A DNA stretch of 64,000 bases, taken from positions 15,810,001-15,874,000 of the forward strand of contig OX597820.1 in NCBI GenBank assembly GCA_951406725.2, in the 5' to 3' direction. Under the pieces are notes generated by a model. The model saw only the letters and a list, made by a program, of their open reading frames with translations, did not search any database and had not been told where the DNA came from. Shown in pieces: positions 13,088-26,550 of the stretch. The position numbers and the translations under genes were made by a program. How positions within the stretch are numbered: the first letter of the stretch is position 1; each line of letters begins with the position of its first letter. Source of the DNA: Octopus vulgaris (lineage: Eukaryota).

Positions 13088-13252
13088 AGGCTCAGGCGTG
13101 GCTGTGTAGTAAGAAGCTTGCTTCCTAACCACATTGTTCTGAGTTTAGTCTCACTGCGTGGCACCTTGTGCGAGTGTCTTCTACTATAGCCTCGCGCCAA
13201 CCAAAGCCTTGTGAGTGAATTTGGTAGACGGAAACTGAAATAAGTCCCTCGT
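13088..13252 (+). mobile_element. SINE A 5' half
   Basis: ggcgtggctgtgtagtaagaagcttgc..ggaaactgaaa, ending in (TA)n. Confidence 0.85.
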
Positions 13253-13269
13253 ATATATATATATATATA

Positions 13270-13850
13270 TATATATATTAGTCATACGATATAGTGTATA
13301 TTTAAGCACATGTGGAATCCACTCGTAGGAATTCAATACGCTAGAAAGAACAGCTACGTTCTATAACCACAAAAATTTGTGGATAAAACTCGACAGGAAC
13401 GAAATGAAAAATAAAAACATTGTACCATCTAGTTTCCTGGACCAATTAGTTTCTGATTTTAGTTTAGCGAGTAAAGGAACCCGCCAGGTGTAATCTTCTT
13501 CAGCAGGACCACCTAGGGTTAAACGTATACACACGGGGCGATCAAACTACTTGCCCTGTATTTATACGTCTTAACTTTTTCAAAATCTACTGCGCAGCCG
13601 CAGTCCGTCGCCGGCAATAAAAAACATGCCAACTTTTAAAACCGAAAATTATCCAAAAACTTACAATACTTAATCATATGAAAGGGAAATGGAAATTAAT
13701 TAAAATTTACATTTCCAGTTGTCTAACGTAAAAATTTAGTCCAAAAGACTATATATTAGTCATACGATATAGTGTATATTTTTTTTTATTGCCGGCGAAG
13801 GATTGCGGCTGCGCAGTAGATTTTGAAAAAGTTAGGACGTATAAATACGG
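13270..13850 (-). mobile_element. Family H3 element with direct and inverted terminal duplications
   Basis: tatattagtcatacgatatagtgtatattt occurs at ~13274 and ~13752; inverted ~65 bp at ~13558-13623 / ~13783-13849; hammerhead inside. Confidence 0.75.
13435..13508 (-). ncRNA. Type I hammerhead ribozyme-like motif
   Basis: Minus strand: TCCTG-CTGAAGA-A-GATT..AATC-A-GAAA-CTAATTGG-TC-CAGGA; perfect 5 bp stem I; stem II differs from the 7255-7322 copy but still pairs. Confidence 0.75.
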
Positions 13851-14135
13851 CTTCCCAGTTGATACGATCAACGGAACAGCCTGCTCGTGAAATTAACGGG
13901 CGAGTGACTGAGCAATCCACAGACACGCGTACCCCTAACGTAGGTCTCAGGGAGATTCAGTGTGACAAGGCTGGCCCTTTGAAATACAGGTACAGCTCAT
14001 TTTTGCCAGCTGAGTGGACTGGAACAACCTAAAATAAAGTGTCTTGCTCAAGGACACAACGCGTCGCCGGGAATCGAACTCACGACTTCACAATCATGAG
14101 CAGAATGCCCTAACCACTAACCCACGCGCCTTCAC
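13850..14135 (-). mobile_element. tRNA-derived SINE family C (CORE/MESC-like body)
   Basis: A box tgggttagtgg, B box gttcgattcc, then ccttgagcaagacacttt..ccagtccactcagctggcaaaaatgag. Confidence 0.85.
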
Positions 14136-14137
14136 AA

Positions 14138-14527
14138 TCTCTCTATATATAAAGCTGAAGTTGTCTGTATGGCAGGTTTGGTAGCCTTCAACTAACACTA
14201 TCTCCTCTGAGACCCTGCGGCGCAATTTGACCAAAATAGAGAGTATGATAGAAGAAGGGTTGCTCTTCTTTCCGTAGAAGAAAAAATTCAAATTGGACCA
14301 TGTTAACACCAACAATTATTTACATCAAAACGGTGCTTTTTTTCTATGAAAATCTCTATTTTTTACGACTTTTTGACTGCTGTGTCGCCATTTTTCGGTG
14401 TATTTCAACCAGAAAAATGGGCACTTAAAGAGAATAACAAGCTACATAATGCAAAATTTTTACTTTTCAAAAATTCCAATTCTAAAGGGTCGAAACAAAC
14501 CCGAGCAACGCCGGGCGATACTGCTAG
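14138..14527 (+). mobile_element. Non-autonomous Helitron
   Basis: 5' TC(TCTC)TATATATAAA; 3' GC-rich hairpin CCCGAGCAACGCCGGG about 10 nt before terminal CTAG; no TSD. Confidence 0.8.
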
Positions 14528-14534
14528 CAAAGTA

Positions 14535-14715
14535 TATAACCTAAGCACTAAGGTGCATTACCTCCATAACCATTTTGATAGCTTTCCAGCGAAGCTGATT
14601 TAAGCGATGATGAAGGAGAGATATTTCCTCAGAATATAAAAATGACAAAAGAGACGTACGAAGAAAAGTGGACTATACACATAATGGCAAATTACTGCTG
14701 GAACTTTCAGGAGTC
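14535..14715 (+). pseudogene. Decayed DNA transposase C-terminus (CMC/Chapaev3-like)
   Basis: Frameshifted LSTKVHYLHNHFDSFP..SDDEGEIFPQNIK..MANYCW resembles the K.H.LHSH.D.FP...DE.GE.FHQD...MADYCW motif; superfamily assignment from memory. Confidence 0.55.
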
Positions 14716-15104
14716 CTCTCCAGGGAAATTTCACACCAGAAAGTCTATTAAAAAGAAATCGTTTATGTGTTGGATGGCTGATCATTTAATGTTTATTTTT
14801 TGTTATTTCTTATATATTTTCGTATTTTTTTAGATACATCTAGTATAGATTCTTAGTTTTCGGACCGAAATTAACTGATTTAATGATATGCGGTTGTTTT
14901 AACAGCATATAATATATTACAGGATTAATTTGGTTCTATATTAAAGTAACAAACGCTTAATTAATTATATTTGATAGGGCAAAATTTATGTCACTTTTGG
15001 AATCAGTGTCCCAAGTATACACATGGATAGTCCTAAGTTCTAAGGCGCCAAAATGTCTGTTCTTTAAGGATTTACACACACACACACACACACACACATA
15101 TAAT

Positions 15105-15404
15105 CTTTTCTACTTTAGGCACAAAGCCCGAAATTTTGGGGGAGGAGGCCAGTCGATTAGATCGACCCCAGTACGCAACTGTTATTTAATTTATCGACTC
15201 CTGAGAGGATGGAAGGCAAAGTCGATCTCGGTGGAATTTAAACTCATAAGGTAAAGACAGACGAAATACCTATTTCTTTACTACCCACAAGGGGCTACAC
15301 ACAGAGAGGACAAACAAGGACAGACAAACGGATTAAGTCGATAATATCGACCCCAATGCGTGACTGGTACTTATATAATCGACCCTGAAAGGATGAAAGG
15401 CAAA
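15105..15404 (-). mobile_element. SINE B dimer
   Basis: Two units joined at gaaatacctatttc (15263). Confidence 0.85.
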
Positions 15405-15630
15405 GGAGAAAATGGTCAAAAGAGATGAGACCTGCATCCATAACTTTGAGCCAGAGTTCAAAAGGCAGAGTATGAAGTAGAAACACCGGAATCATCAGCG
15501 AAAAAGGAATTCAAGACTCAACCTTCGGCAGAAAAATTGATGCTAACCGTTTTTTGGGACGCAAAATGGCTTATTCTGGAACGCTACATAGAAAAGGGGT
15601 CTACAGTCACTTGTGTAGGCTACAGTGGCT
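15405..15630 (+). pseudogene. mariner transposase fragment
   Basis: RDETCIHNFEPEFKRQSM*..KTQPSAEKLMLTVFWDAK..YIEKGSTV (first catalytic Asp region). Confidence 0.75.
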
Positions 15631-15720
15631 TTAGAGTTAATTCAACTCTTATTTTAGCATAATCGGTGCTGACCCAGCACCCTCCGTCACTTTTGTGACC
15701 TCTCACTCTCCCTCTCTATG

Positions 15721-15791
<71 letters not shown>

Positions 15792-15792
15792 G

Positions 15793-16097
15793 TGAGGCGC
15801 AATGGCCTAGTGGTTAGGGCAGCGGACTCGCGGTTGCAGGATCGCGGTTTCGATTCCCAGACTGGGCGTTGTGGGTGTTTATTGAGCGAAAATACCTAAA
15901 GCTCCACGAGGCTCCGGCAGGGGGGTGGGGTGGGTGGCGAAACCTGCTGTACTCTTCCACCACAACATTCTCTTAGTCTCTCTTCTGCTGGCCTGCTTGC
16001 TTAGCCAGTAGGGTGGCGTCATTTGAAGGCTAAAACAATGCGAAGTGCATTGTGACCAGCGCTGTGTATCAACATCTGATAGCCTGGTCGGTCACGA

Positions 16098-16100
<3 letters not shown>
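15793..16100 (+). mobile_element. tRNA-derived SINE family D
   Basis: ggcgcaatggcctagtggttaggg..gtttcgattccc; tail acatctgatagcctggtcggtcacg; paralog at 47745-48030. Confidence 0.85.
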
Positions 16101-16138
<38 letters not shown>

Positions 16139-16549
16139 CACATATATACATCTATATGTATGTATTAGTATATATATATATATATATATAGTATAGACAC
16201 AGCTTGAAGACGTCTTACTACTTACAAAATTGATCTTTCATTATGACGATAGAAAAGAGCTTAAATCAAGCAAGTAGCTAAATACGGAGTAGCAGAGAGG
16301 GAACGAAATCTCTCTCTCTCTCTCTCGGCCATTTTTTCTCGTTGCGTTCCATTTCCCTTTCTTGCTTCCATCTATTACCCTACACCTCTTTTGCGGACAC
16401 ATTGAAAACGCTAACCACTCGACGTTTGAACGGAAATTATCCGGAAATACCCGAACTACTCCCGTTTTCCAATTCTGAGATGCCGAAAACTTTTTACTGC
16501 GGAAATAAACAATATTTATAATAGTTGAGTGGTTAAAACATATAGGAAC

Positions 16550-17039
16550 AAGCATGGCTGTGTGGTTAAGATGTTCACCTTGTAATCACGTGATTTTGGG
16601 TTCAGTCTCAAAGCGTAGCTACTTGGTTAAGTGCCTTTTCCTATTGCATTGGGTCGACTAATACCCTCTGCATGAACTTGGTCGATGGAATCTGTGTGGA
16701 AGCTCGTCATATATATATTTATTCATTTACTTGTTTCTGTCATTTGAATGTGGCCATGCTGAAGCAACGCCTTTTAGTCGAAGACATTGACCCCTGGACT
16801 TATTCTTTGTTAGCTTGCTACTTATTCTATCCGTCTATTACGGGGACGTAAACACACCAACATCGGTTGTCAGGCGATGGTGGCGGGAGACAAACATAGA
16901 CAGAAACACGCAAATATATACATATACGACAGGCTTCTTTCAGTTTCTGTCTAGAAGATACTTGTCCAAGGTGCCACGCGGAGGAACTGAACCCGGAACC
17001 ATGTGGTTGGGGAGTAAGCTCCTTACCACACAGCCACGC

Positions 17040-17042
<3 letters not shown>
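16550..17042. mobile_element. Two SINE A copies (diverged + head 16550-16710; - copy 16720-17042)
   Basis: Similarity to the other SINE A copies. Confidence 0.75.
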
Positions 17043-17083
<41 letters not shown>

Positions 17084-17635
17084 TTTAAAATAAGATAAAA
17101 TCTTTATAAGAATTTATCAAGTAGTTAGCGTGAAAAACCTCATAAGGGAAAACTTTATTAATTCGTCTGGTATCTTGATTATGCTTGCACTGACGATTAA
17201 AAAGTGCGTTTTGTGCTCTAATTATGAAATCATATGATCTGCAGCTGAATCTGTTTTTAAAAGGCTCGCTTCGAGAGTTGCATTTCCTCGCGTTCGGTAC
17301 AATGTGTCTATTATGGTAGTTTTGACTTTAAGAGTCCCTCCTAGCGTTAAGCATTTATGTATAGTAATGCTCTTAATATAATATAATATAATATAATATA
17401 ATATAATATAATATAATATTCATCGCAAATAGCTGTTACGTGGTAGCAGGGCGTGCTAGAAATAGCAGCCAAATCTTTGGAGGTGAGATACGTTGAATGC
17501 ACTCGAAAAAATCCTATGTAAAAAATTATTTCACCGAGATTACGAACAGGTCTTTTACGAAATATTTATCGTATTTTAATGTCATTTTCACTTTAAAATA
17601 TTTTTTAAATATGAAAAAAATTAGTAATTTTGATA

Positions 17636-17784
17636 ATGGCTGTGTGGTAAGTAGCTTGCTTACCAGCCATATGTTTCCTAGCTCAGTCTCGCTGCGTAGC
17701 ACCTTGGGCAAAAGTCTTCTACTAGAGCCTCGGGCCTTGTGAGTTTATTTAGTAGAAGGAAACGGAAAGATGCCCGTCGTATAC

Positions 17785-17816
<32 letters not shown>

Positions 17817-18022
17817 GTGTGTGTGTGCGTGTGTGTTTGTGTTTGTACCCCCAACAACCGATGGTGGTGTGTTTACGTCCCCGTAACTTAACGGTTCGGT
17901 AAAAGAGACCGATAGAATAAGTACTAGGCTTACAAATAATAAGTCCTGGGGTCGATTTGCTCGACTAAAGGCGGTGCTCCAGCATGGCCGCAGTCAAATG
18001 ACTGAAACAACTATAAGAGTAA
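17636..18022 (+). mobile_element. SINE A, full length
   Basis: Head, internal microsatellite and tail all present. Confidence 0.9.
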
Positions 18023-18469
18023 TGGTATTCACTTGAAAATGATTTTAAAAAGCATTGAAATATTGTCTGTTTAAAGAAAGCTAAAATATAAATACTTATT
18101 GTACAAACTTTTATTTTTGAAATCACATTCACTTAAAACTATTTCTAAATGATTAAAATATTATGTCTAGCAAAAGCGAAAATAGGAACATTCGTTTTTT
18201 TTTTTTTTTATTTCGTTCTTAAGTCAGTGTCTAATCGAAAAGTAAGTGTTACTTCCCTTTCAGGATGAAGTTAATTTCGAGACTTTTCCCATTGTGCACC
18301 GTTTTCCCATTTATACCCCCGGAGACCCCTAATATCTCCACAACCACTTATCCGATTTATTTTATTTAGTTCGTATTTACATTTCAGGGGCAAATTAATT
18401 CATTGTACTTTCCCATTATGTGCCAGTTTGTCTGAGTAACATTGCAAGCAAGCAAGATTCAATCTAACT

Positions 18470-18537
<68 letters not shown>

Positions 18538-19381
18538 GCATACGTGTATGTATGTATGTATTTATGTTTATATTTATGTATGTATGTATGTATGTATGTA
18601 TGTATGTATGTATGTATGTATGCATGTACGTATGCATGTAGTATGTCTATCTATCTATCTATCTATTTTTGTAAGAATATTTTAAATTTGTATGGAATAG
18701 TGAATAATCAGAACAAATAAAATATCCCTTCTCGCTCGACATGAATTGTCATTGCCGCTAAAGATTATTTTCTTCATTAAGGGAATAATTTAAATTAGTT
18801 AAAGTGAAAAAATCTGTTTTTTTTATTCGTCGAATCAAATACGTTAGCTCGCACTTAACTATATGTTCAACAGCAGGAGGTACCCCAGGAAATTTACCCA
18901 TGGTATTGGCTTGTATACTTAGGTTGTAATTTCACCGAAATGTCCTCAACCAGGAAGTATATAGGAGGAAAAATAAAGAGAAGTACTCTTATCAGCAACA
19001 GCTATTATAAGTTATTTTAATTAGTCAAGCTAATGGCTTAAAACACTGAAACAGGATGTATCCGGCTACTAAACATTTTGTGAAAGAATAATACTGTACT
19101 TTACTAAAATCATTTGTATAAATGTCATATAAATATAGACTAGTCCAGAAAGATTATTACAGCATAAAAAATCCTATTGATAAAAAGAAAGAAAAAAATC
19201 AAGTAATTATCTATTGGGAAAACATAATTATTAAAAACTATGAGGCATTTTTGAATGATATACAAACAATCGAGCTATTACTGGTTTTCAATGAATGTAG
19301 TAAAAATGTGCAAGTGGCGCAGACGTGGGTGTGTGGTTAGAAAGTTTGCTTTTCGTTTACGTAGTTCCAGGGCAAGTGTTT

Positions 19382-19750
19382 TCTTTTATAGGGGGGCAGT
19401 CGATTAGATCGACCCCAGTATGCAAGTGGTACTTAATTTATCGACCCCGAAAGGATGAAAGGCAAAGTCGACCTCGGCGGAATTTGAACTCAGAATGGAG
19501 CGGCAGACGAAATACCTATTTCTTTACTACCCACAAGGGGCTACACACAGAGGGGACAAACAAGGACAGACAAACGGATTAAGTCGATTATATCGACCCC
19601 AGTGCGTAACTGGTACTTAATTTATCGACCCCGAAAGGATGAAAGGCAAAGTCGACCTCGGCGGAATTTGAACTCAGAACGTAGCGGCAGACGAAATACC
19701 GCTAAGCATTTCGCCCGGCGTGCTAGCGTTTCTGCCAGTTCACCGCCTTA
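19382..19750 (-). mobile_element. SINE B dimer
   Basis: Junction gaaatacctatttc at 19509; head at ~19750. Confidence 0.9.
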
Positions 19751-20049
19751 CGAAGCCAGCAATTCTGGTGGAGTCGGTGAGTCGACTACATCGGCCTCAG
19801 TACTCAACTAGAACTTATTTTATCGACCCCAAAAAGATGAAAGGCGAATTTGAACTCAGCATTTTGTTCGACGCGCTAACAATCCCACCAGCTAGCCTCT
19901 CTTTAGCAACCTTGATAAGAATAAATATACAAAGTCGACTATGACAGGATTTGAACTCAGAACATAAAATGACAAGTGTATATACGACAACAGCTATGAT
20001 TCAACAATTTATAGTTTCAGTTTTTTCAATATTCATCCCTAACTAGTGA

Positions 20050-20398
20050 ATCTGATCAACGGAACAGCCTGCTCGTGAAAGTAACGTGCAAGTGGCTGAG
20101 TACTCCATAGACGTGTGTACCTTTAACGTAGTTCTCGGGGAGATTCAGCGTGACGCAGAGTGTGACAAGGCTGGCCCTTTGAAATACAGGTACAACAGAA
20201 ACAGGAAGAAAGAGTGAGAGAAAGTTGTGGTGAAAGCGTACAGCAGGGTTCGCCTCCCACCCCCCACCTGCCGTAGCCTCGTGGAACTTTAGGTGTTTTC
20301 GCTCAACGAACACTCACAATGCCCGGTGTGGGAATTGAAACTGCGATCCCACGACTGCGAGTCTGCTGCCCTAACCACTAAGCCATTGCGCCTCCACC
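20050..20398 (-). mobile_element. Chimeric SINE: family D head plus the tail of 13850-14135
   Basis: Head matches 15793; tail ggccagccttgtcacac..gcaggctgttccgttgatc matches 13855-13985. Confidence 0.8.
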
Positions 20399-20959
20399 AT
20401 TCCAAAATAATGAGCAAAAACATATAAGGTGGCGAAGTAGCAGGATCGTTAGCGCGTCGAATAAAATGCGTAACAGCATTTCGTCTGTCTTTACGTTCTG
20501 AGTTGACCTTGCTTTTCTTCATTTCGAGATCGATAAAATATGTCTCGGCTGAGCACTGGAGTCTATGCGATCGATTTACCCATTTCCCACGAACTTGCTG
20601 GCCTCGACCCAAAATTTGAGATCTATATTCATAACAATAAGGCGGCGAGGCTGCAGAATTGTTAGCGCATCGGACAAAATGCTTAGCAACCTTTCTTTCA
20701 GTTCTTTGCAACCTGAGTTCAAATCCTGCAAAAGTCGACTTTGCTTTTATTAAAATAAAGAAGCAGTCACTGGGCTCGGTGTAATCGACCTTCTTCCCTA
20801 CCCTTGAAAATTAAACCCTGCATCCTGTTTAAGGGGAAACGGGGTCTTGATCACTTATAAACCATGGAAACAGATAGCTGGCCTTATGGCTCCTAGGGAC
20901 CAAGAAAATAGCAAAAAATCTCTTCTGAATATATATGAGCATAAAAAAATTCGTGGTAA

Positions 20960-21100
20960 CAAGCTTACTTTCTAACTACATGGTTCCGGGTTCAGTCCTA
21001 TCACACGGCACTGTAGACAAATGTCTTCTACTATAGCTTTGGGCCAACCGAAGCCTAATGAGTTGATATGATAGACAGAAACAGAAAGAAGCCTGTCGTG

Positions 21101-21133
<33 letters not shown>

Positions 21134-21335
21134 ATGTTCTCCACTACCGCTTGACAACCGGTGATTGGTGTGTTTACGTACCGGGAACATTGTGGTCCGG
21201 CAATAGTGATCGATGGGATAAGTAAAAGAAAGAATAATTACTGGGTTCAATTCATTCAACCAAAAATTCTTGAAGGTCGCGCCCCAGCATGGATGCAATC
21301 TAATGACTGAAACAAGTAAAAAAGTAAAAGAGTAA
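20960..21335 (+). mobile_element. SINE A (diverged)
   Basis: catggttccgggttcagtcc..gactgaaacaagtaaaa. Confidence 0.8.
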
Positions 21336-21471
21336 ACAGTATATATATATATATATATACATATATTATTATAATTATTAGGGAAAATTACTTCCGAGTA
21401 CACAAGAAAAAGACATTCAAATTAGGTGTTCTAAAACGAACATCTCTCAATGCTTAATTCGTATATAATAA

Positions 21472-21693
<222 letters not shown>

Positions 21694-21934
21694 CTAATGT
21701 AGGATAATTCTTTTTTTTCGAAAAAAATATTTTATCGATGGCCAGTATATCAAAAATACCTTTAAAGGTTAAATTTATAAATAACTTATAAAATAAGGGC
21801 AAAATAAAAATTCTAATGCCAAATATATATATATATAGAAAGATAGATAGATAGATATAGATATAGATATACACAGACACATACAAAGATAAATTGATAG
21901 ATACAACTTAGTGGGCAAACAAAAATATGAGACA

Positions 21935-24900
21935 CAGCCTAGTGCTTTTTTATTTTGATAAGCCTAGTACTTATTCTATTAGTTTGTTCTAGTGAAACCA
22001 GTAAGTTATGTGGATGTAAATAAATGAACAGCAGTTGTGAAGCAGTGATGAGGGCGAAACACAGAGACAAAGATACACACATTCACTTACATATATACAT
22101 GCATATATATACGATTGATTTGTTTCAGTTCCTGTCTACGAAATCCATATATATTGTTGTTGGCATCCTTTTTGTCTCGGGAGACAATGGAGTTGCGCAT
22201 AAAAAAATCTAGTCCGGCTTTTACATTTCATGTCCTAATACATCTCCTGCTGTGGCTGTGTAGTCCTATCCTGGACAAACACTCCCTCTTGCAGGTGCCG
22301 TAAATGTAGCGAAGACTTTGCCTGGCTGGTGGTAATGTCATAGTTTCTTGTTGACGTCTTTTCTTGTCTTTCCAATACTTCTCTCTCTCTCTATGTCACT
22401 CCTTTGTGTTCCCTCTTTTACGGTACGTCGCCAATCTCCATGGTTGCTGGCAACTGCTTCCCAGTTGGTAATATTGATGTTGCAGGCATTCATGTCCCTT
22501 TTGCAAACATCCTTGTATCGTAAGAACGGTCTTCCCACAGGCCTAGTGCCCCTAGCAAGTTCTCCGTAGAGTATGTCCTTGGGGATGCTGCCATCTTCCA
22601 TACGGCTAACATGTCCAAGCCATCTCATACGTCTTTGTGTGAGGAGTGCAAACATGCTTGGTATTCCTACTAGCTTGAAGACATCTTTGTTGGGGACGTG
22701 ATTCTGCCATTTGATGCGAAGGATTTTCCAGAGGCAGCGCAGGTTAAAGATATTTAGGCGACGTATGGCGTCGTATGGCGTGTGTATGGCGTCCAAGGCT
22801 CACTTATATACAGTAGAGTGCTAAGTACACATGCCTGGTAAATCTTCATTTTTGTGGTCTTGGTCAGCTTATTGTTGTCCCATGCCCGTTTGGAGAGTTG
22901 GACGATCACAGCAGCTGCCTTGCCAATGCGTATATTGAGCTCAGCATCAAGGGATAGGTTGTAGGTGACGGTAGAGCCAAGATAGGTAAACTTCTCCACC
23001 TCCTGTAGTCTGTGGTCTCCAATATGTATGTTGGGGATGTCCGATGTAGCCTAACCCATGATGTTGGTCTTCTTGAGGCTGATAACTAAACCAAAGTTGC
23101 CACATGCTTGCTCAAAACAGTTGATGAGCCTTTGTAGGACTTCTTCTGTGTGTGATACCAGAGCGGCATCATCAGCAAATAGCATCTCCTTGATACTATT
23201 TGCTGATGATGCCGCTTGATCAGGACGCTTCTGATTTTGGTCTTGGTACGCAGACGCGAGAGATTCAACAGTTTCCCATCACTTCTACTGTGCAGAAACA
23301 GTCCATCATCTGATGTCTCAAAGGCATGTGACAACAGCAGCAAGAAGAAGATGCCAAATAATGTAGGAGCAAGGACACAACCTTGCTTTACCCCATTTTT
23401 TATTTGGAAGGCGGCTGATGTTGAACAATTGTGCTGTATGGTGCCTTGCATATCATCATGGAAAGATTTGATGATCTTCAGAAGCTTTGGTGGACATCCG
23501 ATTTTTTGGAGCAGGATGAAGAGGCCTTTTCTACTTACTAAGTCAAACGCCTTTGCCAGATCAATGAAGGCCATATATTATGGCATTTTCTGCTCTCTGG
23601 ACTCTCCTGAAGTAGGCGTATGGAGAATATCATGTCAATAGTTGATCTGCTTCTTCTAAAGTCACACTACGATTCTGGATAAATTCGGGAAGCAAGCAGT
23701 TGCAGCCTGGACAGGATAATGGGAGCAGAGGCCTTTCCAACAGTGCTTAGAAGAGATATTCCACGGTAATTGTTACAATCACCACGGTCACCTTTGCTTT
23801 TGTAAAGCGTAATGATATTAGCATCCCGCATATCCTGAGGGACTGTACCCTCTTCCCAGCACTGACACAGAAGCTCATGAAGGTGCCGAAGCAGGATGGT
23901 GTTTTTGCCGGCTTTGATGATCTCTGAGGGGATGCCGTCTTTTCCTGGAGCCTTGTTACTTGCTAGGGAGTCAATAGCCTTGGGGAGCTCTGCTATAGAT
24001 GGCAGACAGTCAAGTTCACACATGACTGGCAAGATCTTGACACCCTCGATTGCAGCGTCAGCTACCATGGTCTCTTGTGAGTAGAGATCCTGGTAGTACT
24101 TAACCCATCTATCCATTTGCTTGCTTTGGTCCTTGATGAGATCCCCACTAGTTGATTTCAGAGGGGCTGACTTGGTTGCGGATGGACCGAGGGCCTTCTT
24201 CAAACCGGCATACATCCCACGGGTGTCGCCACTGTCAGCAGCTGACTGGATACTCTGACAGATTTCCTGCCAATACCTATTTGCACAGCATCTGGCAGTC
24301 AGTTGGGTTTTATTTCTTGCCTTTCTGAGTTCTTCGAGTGACTTTGTAGAAGAATGACTCTTGTATTGCATCAGAGCTGCACGCTTTGTTTCGATAACTG
24401 TTTCCAGCTCTGAGAGCCCAGCACTGAACAAAATCTGGGTTTTGCCTTTCTATCATGCCGAAAGTATCTATTGATGTGGTATACAAAGCTTCCCTGATAT
24501 AATTCCACCTACTTTCAGCAAAAGAGGTTGGGCAGCTACTGAGGGCAACTTTGATAGAAACAGCAAAACATTGTCGCAGTGTAGGGCCCGAGGTTCTGGC
24601 AGTGTTAATGCATGGTCGGCCTATTTTCTTGGAGTGATGGACTTTTTTAGGCAGATTCCTCACCCTGCTTCTTATTAGTGAATGATCTGTGTCACAATCC
24701 ACGCTGTGATAACTACGGGTCAGTTGAACAGAATTCAGAAAGGATCTTTGTGTAGTGATGAGATCTAGCTGATGCCGGTGGTGAGATTTTAGATGTCTCC
24801 AAGATGCCTTGTGGGATGTCTTGTTGGCAAAGAATGTGTTAGTGATGCACAGGTTATGGTATGTACAAAATTCAAGTAGTCTCTGACCATTGTCATTCAT

Positions 24901-25120
24901 GTTGCCAATACCAAAACACATACACTTACATATATACATACATATATTCATACATACAATTGATTTCTTTCAGTTTCTGTCTACAAAATCCACTGACAAG
25001 GCTTTGGTTGGTCTGAGGCTACAGCAGAAGACACATGCCAAGTTACCACACAGTGGGACTGAACTGAACACAATATGTTTTGGAACCAAGTTTATCACCA
25101 CAACAGCCACACCTGCACCT
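21935..25120 (-). mobile_element. Old SINE A split by an RTE insertion
   Basis: 3' half at 21935-22147 and 5' half at 24916-25120. Confidence 0.7.
22148..24915 (-). mobile_element. RTE-clade LINE, 5'-truncated, frameshifted APE endonuclease plus reverse transcriptase
   Basis: [16 protein letters not shown] (EN); KAPGKDGIP, NYRGISLLS, FIDLAKAFD, GVKQGCVLAPTLF, EMLFADD, FTYLGS, RWLGHVSRM (RT); (CAA)n tail. Confidence 0.92.
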
Positions 25121-25364
25121 ATATGTGTGTGTGTGTGTGTGGGGGATCGGTGTGTATGTATGTGTGTGTGGGTGTATATATGTATATATGTGTATGTATA
25201 TGTGGACATATTACATGTACATCTATATATACATCTAGACATACATGTTTACATATACATGTATATCTATAGAAATACATCTATACATATACATCTATAT
25301 ATATACATCTATACATATACATCTATACATATACATGTATGCATATACATGTATGCATATACAT

Positions 25365-25437
<73 letters not shown>

Positions 25438-25439
25438 AT

Positions 25440-25654
25440 AGAGAGATGCTTTTGTTTCACTTTTAACACGTAATACTGAAATAGTGGAGAAGATGTGATA
25501 TTGCTGTTGGCTCGCCCTAGGCAAGAAGTTAAACACTTTTTTTGCCCATGACAGTGCATGGACCCTAAGTAAAGCCTGTGTAAAATTTGAATGAAATTGG
25601 TTGTGTAGTTCTCAAGATTTAGGGATTCACACAGACAGACAGACACATTCTCAG

Positions 25655-25660
<6 letters not shown>
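25440..25660 (-). mobile_element. Helitron-like non-autonomous 5' portion
   Basis: Minus strand begins TATATAACTGAGAATGTGTCTGTCTGTCTG.., the same architecture as 14138 and 41982. Confidence 0.45.
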
Positions 25661-25712
<52 letters not shown>

Positions 25713-26032
25713 GCTCTCTATGACAGCAATACATTCTTATATATTGTTTCGTATTGCAGTAAATTAGAAGGACTTCCATCTCTTTTTAGGTGGTGGTGAT
25801 AAGGGTGGTGGGGTATCTATCGTCTGCTTCACTACACCTCACTACATTCAATATTGATTTCAACCATTGTCGTCAGGTTAAATATTTGTAAAGGAAAGGT
25901 TACGGTTCACTGAAACAACCTGAATTAAACATTGCTATTATTTTATTGATGCCGAATTCAGGAAGGACAAACACCACACATTCGGTAGCATCTACATTTT
26001 TAATGTCTAAGAACGAACACAAAGGCACAGAG

Positions 26033-26367
26033 TTGTTTTTGTAAAGCGTAATGATGTTAGCATCTCGCATATCCTGAGGGACTGTACCCTCTTCCCAGCA
26101 CTGACACAGAAGCTCATGAAGGTGCCGAAGCAGCATGGTGTTTTTGCCGGTTTTGATGATCTCTAAGGGGACGTCGTCTTTTCCCGGAGCATTGTTACTC
26201 GCTAGGGAATCAATAGCCTTGGTGAGCTCTACTATAGATGGCAGACTGTCAAGTTCACACATGACTGGCAAGATCTTGACACCCTCGATTTTCAGCGTCA
26301 GCTACCGTGGTCCCCCGTGAGTAGAGATCCTGGTAGTACTTCACCCATCTATCCATTTGCTTGCTTT
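26033..26367 (-). mobile_element. Internal RTE RT fragment
   Basis: Highly similar to ~23795-24125 (WEEGTVPQDMRDANIITLYK). Confidence 0.85.
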
Positions 26368-26550
26368 AGCGGCATCTCTTCCGACCTTTTACGTTCGGAT
26401 TTCAAATCCCACCGAAGTTAACTTTACCTTTCGTCCTTCAGGGATCGGTAAAGTAAATTAACAGTCATGTACTGGGGTCGTTTTTAATCAGCTTGCCACC
26501 CATCCACCCACATACTTTCTTGTACTAAAATTTAAGACAATTATTGTTAT

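Noticed and set aside
17090-17375. Possible Penelope GIY-YIG tail next to (TA)n
   Set aside because: Could not recover conserved Cys/His motifs or a hammerhead.
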